Source: Heterodontus francisci (lineage: Eukaryota). Taken from it: a stretch of DNA of 64,000 nucleotides. Location of the stretch: contig NC_090396.1 of NCBI RefSeq assembly GCF_036365525.1, positions 71,383,111 to 71,447,110 on the forward strand, given 5' to 3'. The translations under genes and the position numbers were made by a program. Positions 12,628 through 24,973 of this stretch are shown in pieces. Position 1 is the first letter of the stretch, and every line of letters begins with the position of its first letter. The notes beneath the pieces were generated by a model. It had not been told where the DNA came from. It did not search any database and saw only the letters and a program-made list of their open reading frames with translations.

Positions 12628-13958
12628 GCGGTGAGCCTTACGTCAGTGGTAGCGAAATTATTCGAGAGGATTCTTCGGGATAGGATTTACTTCCATTTGG
12701 AAACAAATGAACTTATTAGCGCGAGGCAGCATGGTTTTGTGAAGGGGAGGTCGTGTCTCACTAACTTGATTGAGTTTTTTGAGGAAGTGACGAAGATGAT
12801 TGATGAAGGAAGGGCAGTGGATGTTGTCCATATGGACTTTAGTATAGCCTTTGACAAGGTCCCTCATGGCAGACTGGTACAAAAGGTGAAGTCACACAGG
12901 ATCAGAGGTGAGCTGGCAAGATGGATACAGAACTGGCTGTGTCATAGAAGACAGAGGGTAGCAGTGGAAGGGTGCTTTCTGAATGGAGGGATGTGACTAG
13001 TGGTGTTCAGCAGGGATCAGTGCTGGGACCTTTGCTGTTTGTAGTATATATAAATGATTTGGAGGAAAATATAGCTGGTCTGATTAGTAAGTTTGCAGAC
13101 GACACAAAGGTTGGTGGAGTTGCGGATTGTCAGAGGATACACAGGATATAGATCGGTTGGAGACTTGGGCGGAGAAATGGCAGATGGAGTTTAATCCGGA
13201 CAAATGTGAGGTAATGCATTTTGGAAGATCTAATGCAGGTGGGAAGTATACAGTAATTGGCAGAACCCTTAGGAGTATTGACAGGCAGAGATATCTGGGC
13301 GTACAGGTCCACAGGTCACTGAAAGTGGCAACGTAGGTGGATAAGGTAGTCAAGAAGGCATACGGCATGCTTGCCTTCATCGGTCGGTGCATAGAGTATA
13401 AAAATTGGCAAGTCATGCTGCAGCTGTACAGAACTTAGACACACTTAGAATATTGCGTGCAATTCTGGTCGCCACACTACCAGAAGGACGTGGAGGCTTT
13501 TGAGAGGGTACAGAAGAGGTTTACCTGGATGTTGCCTGGTCTGGAGGGCATTAGCTACGAGGAGAGGTTGGATAAACTCGGATTGTTTTCACTGGAACGA
13601 TGGAGGTGGAGGGGTGACATGATAGAGGTTTACAAAGTTATGAGCAGCATGGACAGAGTGGATAGTCAGAAGCTTTTTCCCAGGGTGGAAGAGTCAATTA
13701 CTAGGGACATAGGGTTAAGGTGCGACGGGCAAAGTTTAGAGGGGATGTGCGAGGCAAGTTCTTTACACAGAGGGTGGTGAGTGCCTGGAACTTGCTGCCG
13801 GGGGAGGTGGTGGAAGCAGGTACGATAGCGACGTGAATAGGATGGGAATAGAGGGATACGGTCCCCGGAAGTGCAGAAGGTTTTAGTTTAGGCAGGCATC
13901 TAGATCGGCGCAGGCTTGGAGGGCCGATTGGCCTGTTCCTGTGCTGAACTGTTCTTTG
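12628..13958 (+). mobile_element. CR1 LINE, RT through 3' tail
   Basis: SLTSVVAKLFE...QHGFVKGRSCLTNLIEFFEEVT...AFDKVPH; KFADDTK; WQMEFNPDKC; tail gtgctgaactgttctttg. Confidence 0.92.
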
Positions 13959-14412
13959 GGGAAGGAGCTTTTGATTTCTACTACCCTTGATGTGATAAAG
14001 TGCTTCCTGATTTCACTCCGAAGTGACCCAGATCTAATTTTAAAATTATGTCCCCTTGTTCTGGATTCCTCGGCAGAGGAAATAGAAATATTCAGTTGGA
14101 TAGAGATGAAGAAATTCTCATTTTAAATGCATTGATTGCGTTCTATTCCAGAAAGGTGGAGGATATAACTGGAACCAATCTTTGCACACTTTTATAAGCA
14201 TTTATTTACACTGTTACAGATCACAAGCAAGCACCTCCTAACCCAATAACCACAGTTTAAGTCAGTATATAGGGGCACAGGTGAATCCCCAGTTAATGCC
14301 CACCAACTGCCTACAATTGAACACAATTAATATCCAATTAACAGATTGGATCACACCTCAACTGTCTAAATTCAAGGGAATACAAGACAAGTTTATGCAA
14401 CCTGTCCTCAAT

Positions 14413-14545
14413 TACAAAAGCAAAATATGGCAGATGCTGGAAATCTGAAATGAAAGTGGAAAATACTGGAAACACTCAGGTGAAGAGGCACCCATGGAGA
14501 CAGAAACAGAGTTAACATTTCAGGTCAATGGCTTTTCATCATCAT
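14413..14545. mobile_element. Short dispersed repeat, probably Penelope-derived (similar copies ~15905-15987, ~22280-22330, ~45962-46042)
   Basis: gatgctggaaatctgaaat...aaatactggaaacactcag...gaaacagagttaacatttcaggtcaatggcttttcatca recurs in the window. Confidence 0.55.
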
Positions 14546-16107
14546 TAAATCCATTTAGAAATAGATTAATTTAGCTCTATCAAAATTGTCTCAAGAATGC
14601 CACTGCCTGGAAATGAACCAGATATGGATCGCAGGATCATGATCTTACTAGCCCAGGAACCAGGATTCAGTCATGTTTTAAAATATCACTATCTTACAGG
14701 TTCTTAGGGATTTAAAAAAAAATCTGAATTACTTTATGTCGAGGAGACAATTTTTTTTATTAAATCAACAACCTTTTTGCTGTCTTTTAAGGAAGCACAT
14801 AGTGGAATAATAAAAGTTGTATGAGCATGGATATTTGACACCTGATCCATTCTGTCTAAGCAAGTGAACAAATTTAACAAGTTGGTTGAATTTTACTTTG
14901 GAGGAATACATTGCCCCTTTAATGCTCATGCTGTCTGCTCTCAGTCTGTGGTTGGTTATCGTTCCCAATCCTGACCCAAAATCCACAATGGCGGGAGAAA
15001 CTATAATAGCAGTTGGTAGGCAAACTTCATTTTTCCAGCTAATAGTTCAGGAGATGAGGGAAGGACATAGAGAGAGATAGTCTGGCCAGAACAAGTTTTA
15101 AATTTGTTTTTTACGGTATTCCTAAAAATGCAATGGTTTGGAACAGGTAGATTGAATCAGGAACAAATAGGCTTTTAAATCCAAACAAGCCAACCCCTCC
15201 CACTTGACTTTTTACCACACCTATTCTTCTCTTTCTCCTCCTCTTTGTGCTGTCTGCTTTAATGTCCTTCCTTAATTTATTCCATATCGCTCTTCTTTGG
15301 GAGAAGAGGTTCCACTGATTTTCTTCTAACAATTTATGTACAATTATCTTTGTTGCTCTTGAGTGATGTAGTATCCTTCCTCTGATCAAAACTAGTCCAT
15401 TGCACAGCAAGAGCCCATCTGTATTGTTGTTGTGTATCTCTGCTATTGCAGTTTAGTACCTGGTCTGCCATTTACTACAGCTAGGCACTGAGGTGATAAT
15501 TGTATTGATTTATTTACTGTAGTCTGTAGATTTCTCTTGTTCACAATTTATCATTTTCCCATTTAAAAACCATTCTGATTGCTCCTGAACTAATTATTTT
15601 ACACTTATTAAATTGCACCTGCCACCTATTGGCCCAGTGATTTTCTATCCGTTTGAGTCCTATTCTAGTATTATGTGGAAACTTTGAGATTATACAAACT
15701 ATAGCCTCATCCAAGTCATTATATGATCAACCCTGGGATAATCTGCTTGCAATCTCGTGCTTGAAACATTGTTGATGCTTTCCTGTTTGCAATGTGGAAT
15801 AACATTTGGCAAAATTAATGGAAGATTGCAGTTTGTAAGTATTAATCTGGTGTGGATCAATCTGGTTTCTAAAGGTAGAATGACTTAAGTAAATAGTTGA
15901 ACTATAAATAGAAAATGCTGGAAACACTCAACATCTGTAAAGAAAGAAACAGAGTTAATGTTTCAGGTCAGTGACTTTTCATTAGAGAAGTAAGTGAAGT
16001 AAATAATTGACTTTGATTTAAGTCAAGTCTTGCCAAATTCTTCTGTGGAGCTAACTGGGCACAGTTTCTCACTGCTATTTTGTTAATGTGCTTAGGGGGA
16101 AATTACA

Positions 16108-16230
16108 ATGATGGAGATTGAGGTTCAGACTGAGCTGCTTCAGGAGGCCCAGGAGAGTATCGAGGCAGCAAAGAACTATAAGGATGAGCTGGAACAGCGA
16201 CTACAAGGACTAAATCAGGCAAGAAAACAG
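16108..16230 (+). CDS. CRLF3: CRLF3 coding exon 1 (MMEIEVQTELLQEAQESIEAAKNYKDELEQRLQGLNQARKQ)
   Basis: Manual translation from ATG 16108 resembles the recalled human CRLF3 N-terminus (MELEPELLLQEARENVEAAQSYRRELGHRLEGLREARRQ); donor CAG|gttagt after 16230, phase 0; acceptor-like cttag ends at 16095. Confidence 0.93.
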
Positions 16231-16705
16231 GTTAGTTACTTTTACTGTTTCCAGAGGTGGGAAATGGTCTTTCACTAAGGAAGAACTTGCATTTATCTAG
16301 CATCTTTCACATCCTCAGGACATTCCAAAGTACTTTACAGCCACCGATTTTATTATCTGAAGTGCAGTTACTGTTGTTTTGGAGCCAGATTTGTGCATAA
16401 CAAGATTGAACAAATGACCGTTAGGTGAATGGCCAGTTAATCTTCTGTTTATTGATTCTTTGCACATGGGCATCGCCGGCAAGACCATTTATTGCTCATC
16501 CCTAGTTGCCCCTTGAGAGGTGGTTGTGAGCCACCTTCTTGAACCGTTGCGGTCCATGTGGTGGAAGTACTCCCACAGTGCTGTTTGCAATGGAGTTCCA
16601 GGGTTTTGACCCAGCGGTGATGAAGGAACAGCAATGCGTCCAAGTCAGGATGGTGTGTGACTGGAGGGGAGCCTGGAGTGCTGATGTTCTTGTGCCTCTG
16701 CTGCC

Positions 16706-17022
16706 TTTATTTATTTGTTTAGAGATACAGCACTGAAACGGGCCCTTCGGCCCACCGAGTCTGTGCCGACCAACACCCACCCATTTTATACTAACCCTGC
16801 AGTGATCCCATATTCCCTACCACCTACCTACACTAGGGGCAATTTACAATGGCCAATTTACCTATCAACCTGCAAGTCTTTGGCTGTGGGAAGAAACCGG
16901 AGGACCCGGCGAAAACCCACGCGGTCACAGGGAGAACTTGCAAACTTCGCACAGGCAGTACCCAGAATCGAACCCGGGTCCCTGGAGCTGTGAGGCTGCA
17001 GTGCTAGCCACTGCACCACTGT
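16706..17022 (-). mobile_element. Full-length V-SINE (HE1-like) next to a LINE 3' fragment (16450-16705)
   Basis: tRNA-like head with A box and B box GGTTCGATTC on minus strand, central gggttttcgccgggtcctccggtttcttcccacag, CR1-like 3' tail. Confidence 0.88.
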
Positions 17023-17278
17023 ATTCTTCTAAGTGGTGTAGGTTGCATGGTTCAGGGGGTGTGCTGGAGGGAGTGGGGGAGTTTATTTTGGGGCTTGTTA
17101 AGAAATGAATACTGACCACGTATCAAGAGAACTCTGTTCACCTTCAAAAAAGTACCATGGGATCATTTATGTTCCCTTGAATAGGCAGCTGGCGCCTCAG
17201 TTTAATAGCCCATCGGCAAGACAACACTTTTGACAATGCAGCAGTCTCTCTGTGCTGCACTGAAGTGTTGGCATAAAT

Positions 17279-17781
17279 CAGTGTTCTCAAAGTGTGGTCC
17301 AGGGAGCCTCCAGGTGGTCTGCAGGCTGATCCAAAATGCAAGTCACTGATGCGCAATGCCATGGCGGAGGCCACACGAGAGAACAGGCCAGAACTCTCAT
17401 CCCCATTGCTTGCATAACCCCATACAACAAGACCGGCTCTCTCATGCACAGCATTAGTCGTCATGAGCAACAACAATGTCATTTTTTAAGTAAGCTTTAT
17501 GTTACTAGAACAACTGCGAGATCAGATTTTCAACATTTGTGGGGCTGAAAACAAAGAAGAATCGGCTGAACGTGGAACCCGAGATGAGACTGAAACTCTC
17601 CAACCTGGAACCAGACATCATCTCATTGGTGCTGCTTTTAATGGGATACCATTCTTTCTATCAATTCTGATGAGTTTTTGTGGTGGCAAACGAAAGTGGG
17701 TGGGGTAGGGCCAGTGGGTGCTCTGCTGGGTCTTTTGTCCTGTCTAAGTGGTCCGAGGACGCAGAAGATTGAGAACCACTG
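17279..17781. mobile_element. Non-autonomous hAT (Charlie-like) DNA transposon/MITE, 503 bp
   Basis: TIRs CAGTG(G)TTCTCAA...TTGAGAACCACTG; degenerate 8-bp TSD gcataaat/gcctagat; interrupts a Deu-SINE. Confidence 0.78.
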
Positions 17782-17794
17782 GCCTAGATTATGT

Positions 17795-20258
17795 GATTAT
17801 GGGATCATCACATGAGGCTGCTTGGGTTGAACTAAGGAACAACAAAAGGGCATTCACACTGTTGGGATTTGCTATCGACCTCCAAACAGTCTGAGTTAGA
17901 TAGAAGAGCAAATTTGTAAGCAAATTTCTGACACATACAAAAACAATAAGGCAGTAATAGTGGGAATTAGAGGTACAGAGGGCACAGAATTCCTAAATTG
18001 CATTCAGGAGGACTTTTTTAACCAGTATGTGGCAAGCCCAACAAAGTGTGTGGGGGTTGGGGGGGTTGCAATTCTAGATTTAGTTTTATGGAATAAAGCT
18101 GGGCAGGTGGGAGAGTACTTTTGTGGTGGTGATCATAATTCAGTTAGATTTAGCATAGTTATGGAAAAGGACAAAGATGAAATGGTGTAAAAGTTCTAAT
18201 TTGGAGAAAGGCTAATTTTACTAGGCTGAGAAGCGATTTAGCAAAAGAAACAGCTACGTGAAGGTAAATTGGTGTCAGGGCAACGGGAGGCATTCAAGAA
18301 GTGGATTCAAAGGGTTCAGGGTAAACATATTCCCACAAAGAAAAAGGATGGGACAGCCCAACTAGAGCCCCCTGAATGATAAGGTGCTTAGAGGGTAAGA
18401 TAAGGCAAAAAAAGGGAAGCTTATGTCAGACACAGAGCTTAATACTGCAGAAAGCCTAGAAGGGTACAGAAAGTGAAGGGGTGAAATGAGAAGGGAAATT
18501 AGGAAAGTCAAGAGAGGGAATGAAAAAAAATACTGGCAAGGAAAATCCAAAGATGTTATATAAGTACACGAACAGCAAAAGGATAACTAAGGAAAGAATA
18601 GGGCCGATTAGGGACCAAAAAGGTAACCTATGTGTGGAGGCAGAGGATGTGAGAAAGGTTCTTAACAAATATTTTGCAGCTGTCTTCACAAAAGAGGAGG
18701 CTGATGATGACATCACAGTTAAGGAGGAAGAGTGAAATATTGGATGGTTAAACATTGTAAGAGAGGAAGTATTAAAGGGTTTGATGTCTTTGAAAGTAGA
18801 TAAATCACCAGACCTGGATGAAATACATCTGAGGATGTTAAAAGAAGCAAGGGAGGAAATTTTAGAGGCTCTGACCATATTTTGATCCTCCCTGGCTACA
18901 GGAGTGGTGCCAGAGCATTGGGGGACTGCCAACATTGTACCATTGTGTCAAAAGGGAGGAAGGCATAATCTGAGTAATTATAGGCCAGTTACCTTAACTT
19001 TGGTTGTGGGAAAATTATTGGAACCAATGCTAAGGGACTGTATAAACCTTCATATAGAAAAGCATGGATTAATCAAGGAAAGTTGGTATGGATCTGTTAA
19101 GGGAAGGTCATATCTCAAACTTGATTTGAATTTTTTGAGGAAGTGACAAGTGGGATGGAATGTGGTCACCATGGATTGTAGCAAAAGTTTTGACAAGGTC
19201 CCACAGGGCAGGCTGGTCAAAAAAGCAAAAGCCCTTGGGACCCAAGGGAGCGTTGCAAGTTGGAACCAAAAACGGCTGAGTTGGAGGAAGCAAAGGGTAA
19301 TGGTTGACAGGTGTTTTTGCGACTGGAAGGCTGTTGCCAGTGGGATTCCACAGGGCTCAGTAGGGCTTTTTGTAGTTTCTACTCCTGATTTAGGCTCAAA
19401 TGTAGGGGGTATGATCAAGAAGTTGCAGATGATACAAAAATTGACCATGTAGTTGACAGTGAGGAGGAAAGCTTTCGACTGCAGGAAGATATAGATGGTC
19501 TGGTTGGTTGGGCAGAAAAGTGGAAAATGGAATTCAATTCAGAGAAGTGTCAGGTGATGTATTTTGGAAAGTGCAACAAGGCAAGGGGATCCACAATAAA
19601 TGGGAGGATACTGAGCAGTGTGGAGGAACAGAGGGACCTTGGAGTGTATGTCCCCAGATCCCTGAAGGTTGCAGGACAGGTTGATAAGGTGGTTGAGAAG
19701 ACATATGGCATCCTTACCTTTATTTGGTAAGGCATAGAATACAAGACCAGGAAGGTTATGCTAAAACTGTATACTAGTTGGACCACAGCTTGAGTACTGC
19801 ATACAGTTTTGGTCACCACTTTACAGGAAAGATGTGATTGCAGTGAAGAGGATGCAGAGGAGATGAACAAGAATGTTGCCAAGACTGGAAAATTTTAGCT
19901 ATGAGGAAAGATTGGATAGGCTGGTGTTGTTTTCCTTGGAAAAGAGAAGACTGAGGGGTGACTTAATTGAGGTGTACAAAATTATGAGGGGCCTATATGG
20001 AGTAAATAGCAATGATCTATTTATAAGCTTTTCAGAGGGGTCAAAAACCAGAGGGCATTGATCTAAAGAAATTGGTAGAAGGATTAGAGGGGAGATGAGG
20101 AATCATTTTTCTTTACCCAGAGGGAACAGGGGCCTGGAACTCACCACCTAAGGGGTGGTAGAGGCAGAAACTCTCACCGCAGTTAAAAAGTACTTGGATG
20201 TCTTCTTAAAGAACCCTGACCTGCAGGGCTACAAGCCTAGTGCAGGATGGTGGGATGA
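17795..20258 (+). mobile_element. Decayed CR1 LINE, ORF2 from endonuclease to 3' end
   Basis: FLNCIQEDFFNQYVASPT; NYRPVTLTLVVGKLLE; SFDKVPQGRL; [21 protein letters not shown]; many stops and frameshifts. Confidence 0.9.
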
Positions 20259-20835
20259 GTCATAGAGTCACAGAGCTATACAGCACAGAAACAGCCCATC
20301 ATGTCCGTGGCGGCCATCGAGAACCTATCTATTGTAATCCCATTTTCCAGTACTTGGCCCGTAGCCTTGTATGCTATGGCGTTTCAGGTGCTCATCTAAA
20401 TACTTCTTAAACGTTGTGAGGGTTACTGCCTCTACCACCCCTTCAGGCAGTGTGTTCCAGATTCCAATCACCCTCTGGGTGAAAAAACTTTTCCTCAAAT
20501 CCTCTCTAAACATCCTGCCTTTAAATCTATGCCCTGTGATTATTGACACCTCCGCTAAGGGAAAAAGTTTCTTCCTATCTATGCCCCTCATAATTTTGTA
20601 TACCTCAATCGGCTCCCCCCCCCCCCCAGTCTTCCCTGCTCTAAGGAAAACAACCCTAGCCTATCCAGTCTCTCTTCATAGCTGAAATGCTCCAGTCCAG
20701 ACAACTTCCTGGTGAATCTCCTCTGCACCCTCTCCAGTACAATCACATACTTCCTATAGTGTGTTGACCAGAACTGTACACAGTACTCCAGCTGTGGCCT
20801 AACTAGTGTTTTATACAGCTCCATCATAACCTCTG
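20259..20835 (-). mobile_element. CR1 LINE 3' fragment, tail-to-tail with the preceding copy
   Basis: [26 protein letters not shown]...; same subfamily as 36848-38706. Confidence 0.9.
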
Positions 20836-21914
20836 GGTAGCTCTTCGTTAGTCCGAGTGGCCTCCTGTGTCCATACATTTTCTATGATTTCCATGTGCTT
20901 GAAGGACAACCTTCTAACTCCGATGTGAGTGAGTGCTGCGGTTGAGCCAACCTAAAACACTGTTAGGTTTCCTAACAATCATGTGATGCATTAGAGTGCT
21001 TTTAGCATTTGGTGTGCAGAAGTACAACCTGTATTTTATATTCATTTGGATTATCCCAGAATGCCTTGTTCACTATAATGACATCCTACGTATAGATGCA
21101 CAGTTTGGAACTCTCTCAGCTGACTTTTTTTAATGCTTTCACGGGATGTTGGCGTCGCTGGCAAGGCCAGGACTTGTTGCCTATCCCTAATTGCCCATGA
21201 CAATGGAATGGCTTGTTAGGTCATTTCAGAGGGCAGTTAAGAGTCAACCACATTGCTGTGATCTGGAGTCACATGTAGGCCAAACCAGGTAAAGACAGCA
21301 GATTTCCTTCCCTAAGGACATTCATGAACCAGATGGATTTTTATGACAATCGATAGTTTTATGGCACCACTACTGAGACTAGCTTTGAATTCCTGGTTTT
21401 TGTTTTATTAATTCAATTTATTAATTATTTGAATTTAAATTCCACCAGCTGCTGTGGTGGGATTTGAACCAGTGTCCCTGGGGCATTAGCCCGGGCCTCT
21501 GATTACTAGTTCAGTGACATTACCATTACGCCACCGTCTCCCCATCCCCGGATGACTGTTGGTTTCAAGGCACGAGTGGAGCGTAAGCGTGGCATGGACT
21601 GGTTGGGCCGAATGGCCTGTTACTGTGTCATATATCCTATGACATGGGAAGAAAACCAGCAAGGAATATTGCTCCCTCTGTTCCACATTATTCCAAATCA
21701 GGAGCAGCTTGAAGTGAACTTGAGCTGAATTAAGTCCAATTCCGTGAGCTGTAGGACTAGTGCATGAGAAGGCTAAACTGGAAATGCATACATTGAACAC
21801 TGGGTAAAGGCAGAAAGAGTTAGAACGTTGATCGTTGTCCAAGAGAATGAACAATTAACTTTTCACATGGGCCCTTTATCAGAGCTAGCACCATCAGCTG
21901 AAAATACCTTTTTC

Positions 21915-22255
21915 TGTGGGAGTGCTGCACTGCTGAGGTTGTCGGCTTTTGGGTGAGACATAAAACTGAAGCCCTGCCTGTCCTCTTAGGTGGAGGTAAA
22001 AGATCCTGTGGCACTGTTTTTGAAGAAGAGTAGAGGGAGCTCTCCCTGATGTCCTGGGCAATATATATCCCTCAACCAAAACAGATAATCTGGTCATTAT
22101 CATATTGCTGTTTGTTGGAGTTTGGCATGTGCAAATTAGCTGCCGAGTTACCTACGTGGCAACAGTGACTACACCTCTAAAGTACTTAATTTGCTGAAAG
22201 ATGCCTTGTGATATCCTGAGGTTGTTAAAAAGTGCGATACAAATGCAAGTCTTTT
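21915..22255 (+). mobile_element. Deu-domain SINE (SacSINE1-like)
   Basis: gggtgagacataaaactgaagccctg...aaagatcctgtggcactgttttgaagaagag core; tail tacaaatgcaagtcttt. Confidence 0.7.
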
Positions 22256-23794
22256 TAATTGAGAAGTCCTTGTGTATACATTTCCAGCATTTTCTCCTTT
22301 TTTTTTTGTTCCAGATTTCAAGTATTTGTGGGGTTTTTTTCTAAACTCGGGGATTTTGTTATTTGGGTTGTTTGGGGTTCAGGAGTAATTTTGTAATCTT
22401 GCCATCCAATTCCAAATCTGGGATTAGTGGGTAGCTCTGATAGAGGCCTTGGAGCACATCACCTCCCCATCTCAGTGTGTGAATGAATAGTGTCTAGAAA
22501 CCTAAAAGGGATTTTGACAAGAACAGGCTTTCACCCAGTCACTTGCAGCCTTCAGAGTTCAAAACTAGATTTCTATGACAGTCGAACTCTCATACACTGT
22601 AGTGAAAAATTCTCGAAAGGGGGTAAAGTGAGGAAGTCAAAATTTGCATGTTTTGAGTTCGAAGTTTCTCAAACTGCAGTTGGGGGTCATTTGATCCATT
22701 GATAGCATGAACCTGAATAAACACGTCATGTGGATTGCTGTAACTAGGGTCTAACCTGTCATCCTCCCTCTGCGGGAGGTTGGGGCTGGATGAAACGTAG
22801 AGACAACTGGTTGTAAGGTTGGGGGAAAAGACATTTGGACTGCAACCAGGCAAAAGTGAGATCTGGTTAACACTGCAGTAGTATTTCACTCTTGCGTTTG
22901 TGTGATAGAGCCCTGTCTGTCATTTTCTAAAGTCCAATTTGAGGTGCAGGCAATGCTTTATCCTTTTTATTACAGCAGGTATCCACAGAAAAGTACCCAA
23001 TTGCTAGCTCTTGCAGAATCTATTTACACTGATGTGGGATATGATTCCATGGCTGTTAGCATCTGTGGCCGTTCTTCATTAGAGTCCAGATGTTGCCTGT
23101 CACCAGGCCATTCAACCCACAGGGGATTTGACAGCTGAGCTCAATCTTGTCTGTGCTTAAAGTCCACACACTTACTTCTAGCTGGGATCACTGAACAGTG
23201 CTCAAACAGGAACCCTGGCTGATTGTCCCCACTCCACATCAAGGTCGTTAAGTTCAATTGTAACAATCTCCCTGGCTGAGATCAGCTAATTCAGTGCAGG
23301 CCAGGGATTCAGCTTGAGACTTTCCAGATCAGAATGGCTCAGCTGTTCACGCCCTTAATGTGAGTCAGAATGGTCGTTTAATTCTGGGAGGAAAAAGGCA
23401 AGAGAGGGGGTGTCCAATCTTTTGGAACCATTCTATATACATGTGTCACAACTGGTGAGTGTGTTGCGTATAGTTGAAAATGTCTTTGAGTCGGGGAGAA
23501 TTGTAAGAGGATTGAACACTGGCACATTACAGAATTCAAAGTCTCTCTCTCTCTCTCTCTCTCTCTCCCTCGCGCCCGCGCACTCGCACCCTCACACTCG
23601 CGCCCTCACGGATTGGCTGCCATCTGCTCTTCACGTCCCCTGCTTCAGCTGTCTGTCTGAACTTCCTGGCCTGCCCTGATTATGTGCATAGCCCAGTGAT
23701 ACTAAATAGCAGTGTAATGTTTTGCACAGAAACGTGCTCCGCTGTCTGCAGCTGCCTCTGCAATCCTCTCCGCCCCTCCGTTATGTTCTCCGAA

Positions 23795-24973
23795 AGTGAG
23801 AAATGATGTGATTTGGGTAGCCATTGTCTCCCAGGATGCCTTTGATTCACCCTATTTCAGCATCAAGCTTGCATGGCGAGCAAATGGCTCTGGTCCTATT
23901 TACGAGATTGCTGACAAGGCCAATCTTATAGTGCGTGGAACTGTAAGAATCCCAACGAGTGTATTAACCAGTGATAGTAGGTTTGCAGTAGACCATGGTA
24001 GAGAACCCCTTTGCAGATTTCTCAACTAGTATGTCAAGGAAAAGGAGCTCGTTTGTCTGCTTCATTTCAAAGGCGAATTTGAGAGCAGGATGGAGCCCAT
24101 TAAGACGTGTAAGGAAATTATTGCATGCAGCTGCGGATTCAAATATAGCAAACGTATCATCTACATATCAGAGATTTGCAAGAGGTAGGAGGTTAGGTGT
24201 CATTCCCTTGAAGGCACGTTTCTCATGGAACCCAACTAAGACATTTGTGAGAGCTGGGCCAAGAGGGGATCCCATGGCAACAGCATCTATTTGGGCATAC
24301 ATAGTGTCGTTAAAACTGAACTCAACTGTGCGAGTTGCCGAGTTCATAAGTTCTGTGAATACTGATTCATGCAATAGTGGTGGGTCTAGATCACCATGAT
24401 ATAGTGCTGCAGCACAAATATCTATGGCTTCCTTAAGTGGTACATTGGTGAATAGGCTAGCCGTGTCAAATGAGCACATGGACACATCATTGCTATCAAT
24501 ATGCAAGCCCTGTATGGTCTTTGCAAATGTGAAGGAATCCTTCACCATGTATGTGGAGAACTTACTCAAGCTGGTTGTAACATTTCGTCCAACCATTTGG
24601 CCAATTCATGTTGTGCAGAACTGGTCGTAGATAAGATAGGACGTAGAGGGACATCACTTTTATGTGTCACTGGCAGCCCATACATATGCAAACGCAGCGA
24701 GCCTTGAGGACGAACCCTTTCATATAGATCACCCAGCTACACATTGCTCTTACACAAGTCCAGCGAGCTTTTTTTTTAAGCTTACTTTTGAGCAGTGCTG
24801 TCCGGTCATGTTGAGCAGCAGGCCCAATGGATACGACTTTGGACCCATCCTTAAGAATGGTGTCCATTTTGTTGATATAGTCACACTTGTTAAGGATGAC
24901 TAATCCCGTCCTTTTGTCAGGTTTACTGATGTGTATGTCTGGGTTGGTCTTGAGGCCTCTCAACGCTGCCAGA
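23795..24973 (-). mobile_element. Penelope-like element, RT fragment
   Basis: ISKPDKRTGLVILNKCDY; CSFDTASLFTNVP; YAQIDAVAMGSPLGPAL: Penelope RT motifs. Confidence 0.9.
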
